Below are positions 38,216 to 47,107 of a stretch of DNA of 64,000 nt, piece by piece. The notes under the pieces were generated by a model. It was not told the DNA's origin. It did not search any database and worked only from the letters and a program-made list of their open reading frames with translations. Every line of letters starts with the position of its first letter. Within the stretch, counting starts at the first letter, position 1. Made by a program: the position numbers and the translations under genes. This DNA is from a virus, in IMG/VR virus record IMGVR_UViG_3300011269_000001; one strand, 5' to 3'.

Positions 38216-39607
38216 ATGGCAAGTGAAGTCACCCAAGCATTGCTGAAGGCCCTAGAGGCGGGCAACTACAATGCAGCTCCCTCGACTTTGGTCCAGGGTT
38301 CCGCATTGCAGATTGAAGACCTCTCGCCGGTGATGAACAACGTCACCTACGATGACAGCCACATTAAGCTGCAGAAGATGCTGAAAGTCGACCCGGTCAA
38401 GAGTACCTTGGCCCAATTCGACCGTCAGCTCAGCTACGGCATCTTCGGGGCTACCGCCCAGAACGAAGGCGCAGTCGGTCAAGAGGAAATGAGCGAATAC
38501 GTTCGTATCGTGGTCCCGATGGCCTATTATAGCCATGTTCGTCGTGTGACGGTGGTCGCAAACCTCGTGGCAACGGTCGACGGCGTCAAAGCCGAAGAGC
38601 GGGCAGCCAGCGACGGTGCGAAGAAAATTGCCGGCGATATCGAGTTCGACAGCTTCCGCGGTAAGGCGGACTTCTCGAACGCGGGTCTTTTCGACGGCTC
38701 CATGCTTGCTATCCCCGGTCTTCCGAACATTCTCGGCCTGGATGCCCAGGTCCGGATGTCGGACGGTCAGCGGAACGCAACGGACTTGATGTTCGGCGAG
38801 TTTGGGTCTGACGACACCGTGGTCATCCAAGGTGGCGGTACCCTGACGCAGGACAACATCGAAGACGCCAGTGTCCGGTCCTCGATGAACTTCGGTATGG
38901 CGGACAAGTTAGTCGTCGACCCGAAGGTTCTCAGCGCCTACAACAAGATTTCGTTCGGCAAAGAGCGAATCATCCTCGCCGGGGCTCCTCAGGACGCCAC
39001 CAGCGCCGACCTTCGGCGTCAGTGGGTGTCCGGTGGAACCGTCAACGTCGAGGCTTCTCGATTCCTCTCTGGCAAGACCCGTCCGGCAACGGCACGGTCT
39101 TCTTCGCCTGGCGCGCCTTCCATCGCGCTGACGGACAACGCTGCTCAAGGCACCAGTGCTCCGGCAGGTACTTACAACTACTACGCTTCAGCTGTCAACG
39201 AGCGTGGTGAGTCTGTCAAGTCGACCTCTGTGACTGTGACCATTGCCGCTGGCGACAGCGTGACGGTTACCATCACTCCTCCGGGTTCCGGCGTGGTTCG
39301 GTACTTCAACGTGTTCCGTTCGAATGCCGGCGGCAACGATGCGACCTCGCGGTTCATCGGCCGTGTGTCCAACAGCGGCGCTGCGACGACAACCTTCCTC
39401 GACCTGTTCAACAAGAATCCTGGTTTCGTCACCGGCTTCTTGATTCAGGGCGATACGATGGCTTTGAAGGAGTTAGCCCCGTATTCTAGGCTGAAGCTTG
39501 CAGTTACGGACCTGAGTATACCTGAAGCGCACTTCAGGTTTGTAACGCTAGCCGTTATGCATCCGAGAAAGAATGTTCTGGTAGACAATCTCAGAGGCGC
39601 ATTCTAA
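38216..39607 (+). CDS. major capsid protein (Herelleviridae-like, with Ig/FN3-like insertion)
   Basis: LLKALEAG...ALQIEDL N-terminus; YYASAVNERGES insertion; AGGAG SD; followed by a terminator. Confidence 0.9.
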   Translation: MASEVTQALLKALEAGNYNAAPSTLVQGSALQIEDLSPVMNNVTYDDSHIKLQKMLKVDPVKSTLAQFDRQLSYGIFGATAQNEGAVGQEEMSEYVRIVVPMAYYSHVRRVTVVANLVATVDGVKAEERAASDGAKKIAGDIEFDSFRGKADFSNAGLFDGSMLAIPGLPNILGLDAQVRMSDGQRNATDLMFGEFGSDDTVVIQGGGTLTQDNIEDASVRSSMNFGMADKLVVDPKVLSAYNKISFGKERIILAGAPQDATSADLRRQWVSGGTVNVEASRFLSGKTRPATARSSSPGAPSIALTDNAAQGTSAPAGTYNYYASAVNERGESVKSTSVTVTIAAGDSVTVTITPPGSGVVRYFNVFRSNAGGNDATSRFIGRVSNSGAATTTFLDLFNKNPGFVTGFLIQGDTMALKELAPYSRLKLAVTDLSIPEAHFRFVTLAVMHPRKNVLVDNLRGAF

Positions 39608-39633
39608 CAAACCGTAAAAACTTAGATTCTTCC

Positions 39634-39675
39634 AAGCCGGGCGAGCCCTAAAAAGCTCGCCCGGCTTCGTTTTTG
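39634..39675 (+). terminator. intrinsic terminator after MCP
   Basis: AAGCCGGGCGAGC / GCTCGCCCGGCTT 13-bp stem, then CGTTTTT. Confidence 0.85.
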
Positions 39676-39701
39676 AGGTTTGTGATATACTCTTCGTCAC
39701 C

Positions 39702-40268
39702 ATGGCAGATGAAGAAAGAAAAAAGAAAAACGCAGAGAGACAAAGGCGATGGAGGGAACGACATCCTCCAACGGAAGAAGATTTGAAGCGTGCTGCTGAG
39801 AGGGCTGCAAAGCGGCGACTAGAGAATCCAGAGAGGGTTGCTGAAAGCAATAGAAGGTATTACCAGAAGCATCGAGAGGATATTTTGGAGTATCAAAAGC
39901 AATACAATGCTGAGCACCCTGAGAAGAATATAGAATGGATTAAAAATCATCCCGACAACGTAAAGAACAACCGTCTAAAAAGTCACTATGGCATCGACCT
40001 CGATTGGTACAATGAGACTTTATCGAAGCAAGGTAATGGTTGTGCCATCTGCGGAACAAAAGAACCTGGAGGCGCAGCCACCAATGGTTACTTTCACGTA
40101 GACCACGACCATGAAACCGGCAAGCCCAGAGGTCTTCTTTGTCATGCCTGCAATACTTCTCTCGGTGGCTTCAAAGAATCTACAGACCTCCTCCAAAAAG
40201 CCATCGACTATCTCAAATCTTTCCTCATTTGCTCGGGTAGTTCAGCGGTCAGAACACCGCACCTGTAA
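39702..40268 (+). CDS. endonuclease VII-family homing endonuclease
   Basis: CAIC...HVDHDHETGKPRGLLCHACN; AT-rich; own TGTGATATACT promoter; 3' end overlaps tRNA-Thr. Confidence 0.85.
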   Translation: MADEERKKKNAERQRRWRERHPPTEEDLKRAAERAAKRRLENPERVAESNRRYYQKHREDILEYQKQYNAEHPEKNIEWIKNHPDNVKNNRLKSHYGIDLDWYNETLSKQGNGCAICGTKEPGGAATNGYFHVDHDHETGKPRGLLCHACNTSLGGFKESTDLLQKAIDYLKSFLICSGSSAVRTPHL

Positions 40269-40303
40269 TGCGGCTGTCGAGGGTTCGAATCCTTCTCCGA
40301 GCT
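40231..40303 (+). tRNA. tRNA-Thr(UGU), atypical C33, no encoded CCA
   Basis: acceptor GCTCGGG/TCCGAGC; anticodon arm CCGCA-CCTGTAA-TGCGG; T-loop TTCGAAT. Confidence 0.85.
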
Positions 40304-40306
40304 TAT

Positions 40307-40379
40307 TCCACTGTAGCTCAATCGGGAGAGCGCCTAACTGTTAATTAGGAAGATGTTGGTTCAAATCCAACCTGTGGAG
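40307..40379 (+). tRNA. tRNA-Asn(GUU), no encoded CCA
   Basis: acceptor TCCACTG/CTGTGGA; anticodon arm CCTAA-CTGTTAA-TTAGG; T-loop TTCAAAT; G73. Confidence 0.9.
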
Positions 40380-40401
40380 CTTTCGTGGTATACTGAAGGT
40401 C

Positions 40402-40884
40402 ATGAAAATTATTTTCCTCGACATGGACGGAGTCCTGAATTGCTATGACACCACGGACCGGATTGTGTTCCCGCCCTGGAATCAGACATTCTTGGGCCTG
40501 GACAATGATAAGGTCCAGCTGCTCTCCAAGCTCGTCCAGGAAACCGGCGCCAAGGTCATCATCAGTTCCAGCTGGCGAGAAAACTTCAAACCTCAAGAAC
40601 TTCAGAAGACCCTCAACGAGCGTGGATTCACCGGTGAGGTTGTCGGTGAAACCCCGAAGTCTTACGAGCAGGTAGGCTTTGGCCTGCCCTCTAAGCGCGG
40701 TGACCGTAGCGATGAAATCCAGGCCTGGTTGGCGGCGAATCCCGGGCTGGAGTCGTTCGTGGTCGTTGATGATATCAAGACCCGGTACTTGGACATGGGC
40801 AGGCAGGTACAGACAAGCATGGTCACAGGTTTTACGCAGGAACACTACGACCAGGCCCTGACGATTCTCAACAAAGCTCTTTGA
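40402..40884 (+). CDS. HAD-family (Swiss-Army-knife RNA-repair type) phosphatase
   Basis: IFLDMDGVLN, ISSSWR, RSDEIQAWL, VVVDD. Confidence 0.85.
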   Translation: MKIIFLDMDGVLNCYDTTDRIVFPPWNQTFLGLDNDKVQLLSKLVQETGAKVIISSSWRENFKPQELQKTLNERGFTGEVVGETPKSYEQVGFGLPSKRGDRSDEIQAWLAANPGLESFVVVDDIKTRYLDMGRQVQTSMVTGFTQEHYDQALTILNKAL

Positions 40885-40950
40885 TTAGGGAGGTCAATCG
40901 TGTGGATTTTCGTTGACAGGAAAAACAGAAGCTGGCTCGTACCTTGAAGC

Positions 40951-41166
40951 GTGTCTGATGAAGTCCTGGAAGGACTTTCAGAAAAAGAAATCACGAGTTC
41001 GGAACTGGAAGCCTGCAAAGACGTGGTTGTTTCCTTGAACCCAGTTCCCCTCTCGATTGAGGTTCCGAATGCCAAGACACGAGCCGCGATGGAAGAAGCG
41101 GAGCAAGGCGGTCTGCCTTCGTTCGATACCGTGTCCAAGTTGATGGCGGATTTGAAAGAAGACTGA
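40951..41166 (+). CDS. orphan DinJ/RelB-type antitoxin C-terminal module
   Basis: VPNAKTRAAMEEAEQGGLPSFDTVSKLMADL; no RHH N-terminus; no adjacent toxin. Confidence 0.6.
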   Translation: MSDEVLEGLSEKEITSSELEACKDVVVSLNPVPLSIEVPNAKTRAAMEEAEQGGLPSFDTVSKLMADLKED

Positions 41167-42398
41167 TGCACAACCACTCAATCACCGTGGGCTGTCACAC
41201 ACTTTGTCCGGCGTTCTGCGTCTGTGCCTGGCGGTGTGCCTACTGCAATCGTCAACGGCCGATGATGGCGGACACAGAGTCGTGGCCGGTACAGATTTGC
41301 GACGAATGTTACTTGGAGTACTACAATGCACAAGACGATAGGGCCGAAGAAGAGAACGGGGCGGTACATTGAGCGGTTTCCGCATTGCGACCAGCGCATC
41401 CTCCATGCGCCGGAGGAATGCGAGTTCTGTGACCGTCATCCTGAATGGCAGGAACTGAGGATGGCCTGGAGTATTGCCTTTACCGGTTGGACTCCTGACG
41501 CCAATGAGCTTCCCTGTCCAGCCGACAAAGCCCGCGGCCCTGACCATCAGAAATGGCCTGGAAATAGACCCGCCGGCAATGATGGCAAGACCCCTGAGCC
41601 CCTGAGCAGCTAATGACCAAGGAACTCACTGCCGACTCTAAACATTGTGACCATCGGTGGTTTCTTGTGCCCGGCGCCGAAATCGATGGCTGGCAGGTAT
41701 TGGGTTATTGGGTTATTGGCTTTGTGTGCTTTGCAAGTTAAGAGGCCCAAGTAGCCGTTTCGGATGTCCGGGTAAATGGTATGACTACTAAGAAAGAGAA
41801 GAAAGAGGATAACGCCGCGAAGTGGGCCCATGAAATAGCTTTGCGCGCCCGGGCCAAGAAGGTCATCAAGGGCCTGTGCCGCGACCTCCGGGACGCTGAG
41901 AAGATGAAGCTACCCTGTGATGAGTGCGCGGAACCGGCTACTGGCCGTTGTTCGTCCGGGAAGCATTGGCTCTGTGACAGCTGTGAACTCTGCAGGGCCT
42001 GCGGCTGTGATACAATCAGGTCATGAGATATTCTGTCCCGGGCTGGTTTGCCTTCTTGGTCCTGGTGGCCATAATCGGACTTTCTTTATTTGAATTCCGG
42101 ATGGGCTACCTTGCCGGCCTCCAGGCCCTGGAATCGCCTGAATACTGCCCTCCCCGGGGCTTGGACCCCAAACGTTTTGGTCAACCACACCGGTGGAAGA
42201 TATGAAACTGCCAGCTGAACTCATAATCCGCTGGCGCGGCAATGAATTGCGGATGGACAGACTATCTCGCGGCGGCGTGGTAATTCAGGTCGGCGTTGAC
42301 CGTGGCGGTACGCAGCTGGAGTGGAATTATATCGAGCTACCGAAACGCTTCGCGGTCTATGTTCAAAAATACCTTGCCCTAAAGCTACAGAGAAAATC

Positions 42399-42707
42399 AT
42401 GACCCCGGAAGTCGACCTTATGGCAATCTGGCGTCGTTGGGCTGCAGCAACGTCTGGACCCTGGACCGCTGAAGAGGACTCTACGCACCCCCGCGGAGTT
42501 TATCGCGTTGTTGAAGTAGACGCATATCGACGTCGCCGGGAAGCTAGGTGTTCTGCACGACCTCAATATTTTGCGACAGTCTACAGTCTTGCTGACACAG
42601 AGTTCATTGCCCATTCCCGTGAGGACGTCGGGACGTTGTTGGCAGAAATAAAGAAATTGAAAGCCGACTTGGAGGCAAGAACATGTCCTTCCTGCAAACC
42701 GTCCTAG
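42399..42707 (+). CDS. Ead/Ea22-like protein
   Basis: AATSGPW...DTEFIAHSREDVGTLLAEIKKL. Confidence 0.6.
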   Translation: MTPEVDLMAIWRRWAAATSGPWTAEEDSTHPRGVYRVVEVDAYRRRREARCSARPQYFATVYSLADTEFIAHSREDVGTLLAEIKKLKADLEARTCPSCKPS

Positions 42708-43045
42708 GCCTCGCCGGTGGCTCCCTATTCGCCTACGCTGCCGTCCCACAGGCTCTGAGGACCATCAGGGCTGGCAGACACCTTGGCGTGCCCCTGGACC
42801 TCGTAGCGGCCATCCTTGGCGGCACCATGGTCATGTACACGTACCTGACCTGGACCCGAGGCTTCGATTGGGTCCTGGCTGTGAATTACAGTGTCGAGGC
42901 TGCCAGCTGGGGAGTCCTGGGTTTCTACCGACTGTTTAGGCGCCAGCCGGTACTTGAGGTCATTTCTGAAGCCTTCCGGAAGAGCGCTGAGTCCTCGAAG
43001 AATCTCATCCGGGCCATAGACGAAGCCGGTCGGTCAAGAACATGA
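42683..43045 (+). CDS. PQ-loop (SemiSWEET-like) small membrane protein
   Basis: FAYAAVPQALRTIR plus three hydrophobic segments. Confidence 0.65.
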   Translation: MSFLQTVLGLAGGSLFAYAAVPQALRTIRAGRHLGVPLDLVAAILGGTMVMYTYLTWTRGFDWVLAVNYSVEAASWGVLGFYRLFRRQPVLEVISEAFRKSAESSKNLIRAIDEAGRSRT

Positions 43046-43494
43046 AGGACGCCGCTTTTGTATCTAAGGTTCTTGGATTTTTTATTTTTCTGTCATTTGG
43101 CACCATGACCGTGCTCATGTGGCGGGAAGCAAACCCTTTTGTGTTCCTGTCCGCGACCACCGCGGTACTGGGTTTGACTACTGTCGTTCTTCCTGACTGA
43201 GGGTTCTGATGGAAAACATTACCTGCTACCTTTGTGGAATTGTCTTCGGTTGTCCAGACAATTGGGTTGATAACCGTCGGGACCGGCACGATACCTTTTA
43301 CTGTCCGAATGGGCATGACCAACACTTCGTCGGTAAGTCTGAAGCCGAAAGACTCAAGGATGAGGTAGAAGCTCGGAAGAAGCAACTTCTTAACGCCGAG
43401 GAACGGTTGAAGGAAGTCTGGAAGCGGGTCTACCACCAGGAACGCCGCGCCCGGGCCTATAGGGGCAAGTTCTACAGCATCAAGGAGCGTTTGA

Positions 43495-43779
43495 ATGGAC
43501 GCGCTTAAGATGGCCGGGGTTCAGCTACTGACCAACAAGATTATTGAAACGCTTCGATTCTATGGAGTTGAGCCGGCTTCGATTCAAGTCGAGCCGGTTC
43601 GTTCTGACCAACTTGACGTCTTCCCGCTGCGGTTCACCTGTGTCCTGAAGCTGCCCAACCCTGTGAAGTTCGTCCAGCTGAATCTTGAGGAACTTTCTGA
43701 TACGAACGCCCAGGTCATTCTCTCCGCGTTCCAATTGAATTTTATGGACCCGTCCGTAGAGGATTTCCCAGATGAGTGA
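43495..43779 (+). CDS. small protein carrying a copy of a portal peptide
   Basis: LSDTNAQVILSAFQ versus portal LSDTNARVILSAFQ; 37/41 nt identity. Confidence 0.7.
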   Translation: MDALKMAGVQLLTNKIIETLRFYGVEPASIQVEPVRSDQLDVFPLRFTCVLKLPNPVKFVQLNLEELSDTNAQVILSAFQLNFMDPSVEDFPDE

Positions 43780-45180
43780 ATCCTATCAGCCGGAAATTGA
43801 GAAGCTCAAGAATGACTTCGTCAACTGGTGCTGCACGTGGCAGATTGCTGCCCGTCCGCACAGCGGGATGACTGCAGTCGAATGGGCTCTGGATGAGATT
43901 GGCAGGATGACGCTTTATTACCTTCTGGACAAAATGAAAATCCGGCTCTACAACGGGCCTCGTCACGGTCGCCAGCTGGTTCACGCCGTGGTCATCGATA
44001 AAGACATCATGGCAAAGATGCTGGCCACCAAGACCAGCAGTGCGTACTACGAAATCCTAGACCCTTTTCGGAAGCAGGGCCTAGACGACATGCATTTTAT
44101 TGTTCCCGACGCCGTACACAGAATCGGATGCACCTGCTGCCAGGGCGATGGACCGGATATCGACATCCGCCACCCGCGGCCTCAACTTGATGGCTCGGCT
44201 GTGGTAGAATTCTGGGTTGATTTCGATTTCAGGATGCCGGAGGCAGAAGAAAATGAAGAAGAAAGCTAAGCCGAGCCCGTTTCCACGTGTGATTTATGTA
44301 TTCGCCGACGAAGAGTTGCATTCGGGTGTCGTTAACCTGTTAGTGAACAACGGTGACGGAGTTGATGATATTTCTGCCGGCTCGCCGGTGGCTATCTACA
44401 AGCTGGTAGAGACTGGCACGGTCAGGGTTCAGAGCCAGTTTGTTCCGCACTTCACCCCCGGGAACCTGCAGGGTCGAGGTTAAGATGTTCCCTCCTAAAT
44501 GGCTCAAAAAGTTTCGTTGGGACAATGCCAAGCGAGTCACCAAGGCCGACCGCCTGGAGTGGACACGGGGCGTCTTCCAGTCCCTCGTCGGCGGCAAGAC
44601 GAAGGATTATTATTTTCATCTCAGCGGGGATTCCGCGGTCCTGGGCTTTCGGACCGAAAAGGGTCACATCAGTATCTACGACGTGAAGGTGAGAACCATT
44701 TGGGAAGGCTTTGAGCCAAAATGAACCCCGTGGCTGGAATCAAGTATTACTTCCGGTACGGATTCTGGACCACGGTCAAACTTGACTGGCGGGTCTTCGG
44801 GCTCCGTTGGCGTACCTTCTGGAGCCAGCTATTGACGCCATACCTATGGCGAGAACTTCCTCTGCTCCGAAAGCAGATTATCCAACTGACGAACGACCTC
44901 GTCAACGCGGAACAGAATATGGGCAGATGCAATCACTTGACTATCAGAGCCCCGTTCCTGCCCTGCCCGCATCCTGACTGCTATTCGGTTGGTGGAACGC
45001 TCTACCTTAACCACTACCCTGGCCATTGGATTCCGAGACTATTCCTAACACCTGAGGAGCCTATGACGCAACAATCTTCTTGGAAGAGGGAAAAGGTAAC
45101 GATTGGATACAACGCTTATCCCCGGACTGAAGTTTGGGCCTGGATTCCTCTCTGCGGATTTCCTCCGAAGGAGAATCCAG

Positions 45181-46542
45181 ATGCCGTATAGTGGAAAATC
45201 TTTCGTTTTCATCTGTCCGTTCAGCTGCCGGCAGATTCTGAACGTCAGGGCTGCTGACCCCAACGAGGGCTGGATTGACCTTCAGGGACCCGGGACTTCA
45301 TGGGTTAACCTGCACAGGATTTACTGCGACTACGATGTTTGGGACCCCCTGGCAAAAGCGGTCGTGACGTCGAGTGTTGATGACGACCCTATTTCTGATG
45401 AGTTCCCCAATCTGGATGCAGTTCTTGGGTACTTGGTTCCCGGCTATCGCGAGGATGAAGATTTCATCAAGGAACTGAACCCTGACCTCAGTGAGCTACC
45501 GGCTGTAGAGGAAGATGTTGTTTACGACCTGCCCGACGAGAAGTTTCAACCTGCAAAGACCAAGGTCTTGACCGGCGCGGTGGCCAAGCTCATCATCAGG
45601 AATGATGACGGTACGGAACGCGAGATTATCCCTCTCAACAATGTTTCCTGGAGTATGAATTACGACACGAAGCCCGTCTTTATTCTCGGCAAGACCGACC
45701 CCGTTGAATACAGCCCCGGGGATGCTGAAGCAGTGTACAGGGCTGTGACCTGGGAGTCATCGCATAGCGAATCTGGAGAGCTTATCAATGACTCCGGGAC
45801 TCCGCCGGCAAGAGTTGAGTTTATTTCCGCTGAAGAGGCAGTGAAGAATGTGCCGCAGTACTATGACAGCGTTAAGCGGGTAACAGGACCGGTGTTTACC
45901 TTTCCGGTCGAAAAGATTGAAATCGCGGAGGAACTTATCCAAGACCCGCAAAAGGCCTGCGAAGCCGACCGAGACCTCAGCGCCGAAGGCGACCTGTTCC
46001 TGACCGACAAGAGCATTTTCGGGGACATCGACTCCATTACCTGCGATTTCAAGCCTCCAGGCCCCTTGACCATGAAGATGATTGAAGATGCATGGATACA
46101 CGCTCTCAATGACCATGGCCGTTGGCGCGACCACGATTTTGTCATGGACCCGGTAGAGTTGAAGGCTTATCAGGATATTATTGAAGAGTCCGAGAAGAAG
46201 AAATTTAGTGGTCTCGGTATCCAGCTCCCGGAGCTACCCGAAGGTTCGAAATACTGGAATGTCTACCGTGGCTCCGACAAAGTCTTTGCCGGCACCGTGA
46301 ACGCGGCCGGCAATTGGATTGACCTCGACGAGGAAGAAGAGAACGAAGAGACTCCGGTCATCGACGACGAGCCTGATGAAGGTGATGCCCCGGACTGCAT
46401 GCGCTGTGGAATTGAACTCTGCGACGCCCTGGACCATTGGTACGGGCATCCGGATGACGTCCGCCAGGACTACTGCGCCAAGTGCCGGAAGCTTCCAGAG
46501 GTCGACAAGCTCGGCCTATCACCTGACTACAAGGGGACGTGA
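45181..46542 (+). CDS. acidic mosaic protein with degenerate MCP segments and a tail-tube-like segment
   Basis: collinear similarity blocks to the MCP at 38216-39607 (see findings). Confidence 0.65.
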   Translation: MPYSGKSFVFICPFSCRQILNVRAADPNEGWIDLQGPGTSWVNLHRIYCDYDVWDPLAKAVVTSSVDDDPISDEFPNLDAVLGYLVPGYREDEDFIKELNPDLSELPAVEEDVVYDLPDEKFQPAKTKVLTGAVAKLIIRNDDGTEREIIPLNNVSWSMNYDTKPVFILGKTDPVEYSPGDAEAVYRAVTWESSHSESGELINDSGTPPARVEFISAEEAVKNVPQYYDSVKRVTGPVFTFPVEKIEIAEELIQDPQKACEADRDLSAEGDLFLTDKSIFGDIDSITCDFKPPGPLTMKMIEDAWIHALNDHGRWRDHDFVMDPVELKAYQDIIEESEKKKFSGLGIQLPELPEGSKYWNVYRGSDKVFAGTVNAAGNWIDLDEEEENEETPVIDDEPDEGDAPDCMRCGIELCDALDHWYGHPDDVRQDYCAKCRKLPEVDKLGLSPDYKGT

Positions 46543-46804
46543 CCCATGGGCTATCCAATGACCTATCGGCGGGTTATCAACCGCAACAACCTCCTGGAAG
46601 GTTATGAGAGCACGAGGCCTAACCGTCTCATTGCCGGTGACCTCCGGCGTCTGGAGGCCGACACCCGAGATGAAGGGCATTTGAATCTCTACGCTCAGAT
46701 TGCAGGCACGACCCCGGACATCGTGAAAAAGATTTTCGATGAATTCTTTGAATGCAGTCGCTGGAAGTTTACGCCAAAAGGCATCGAATTGTTTTTGAGG
46801 AGAA

Positions 46805-47107
46805 ATGAAAATGAAAAAGCTTGACGGTTTCGTAGAAATCAAAACCCTGACTCCGGACATGGAATTCGCGCCCGGAATTGACCCCACGACCGCGGGAATA
46901 GCCGTGGTCGAAGCCGGTGGGAAACTCTGGCCTTGGACCAAACTCAGCACCCAACGTGACATCGAGGAAGCCTGGGTTCTATTCGAAGGTATCGGGCTAC
47001 CGGTTACCATCGTGTACATGAATGCTGACGACCTGAAGGCTTACAATCAGTTGGTGTGGAGAACGAAGGAAACCGTTATCCTCCGGGAGTCAGATGAGCT
47101 TGCGTAG
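46805..47107 (+). CDS. small protein with a degenerate MCP segment
   Basis: TQRDIEEA...AYNQLVWRTKETVIL versus MCP TQDNIEDA...AYNKISFGKERIIL. Confidence 0.6.
   Translation: MKMKKLDGFVEIKTLTPDMEFAPGIDPTTAGIAVVEAGGKLWPWTKLSTQRDIEEAWVLFEGIGLPVTIVYMNADDLKAYNQLVWRTKETVILRESDELA

Noticed and set aside
40231-40379. tRNAs as a prophage attachment site
   Set aside because: No integrase or host genes; both flanks are phage-like
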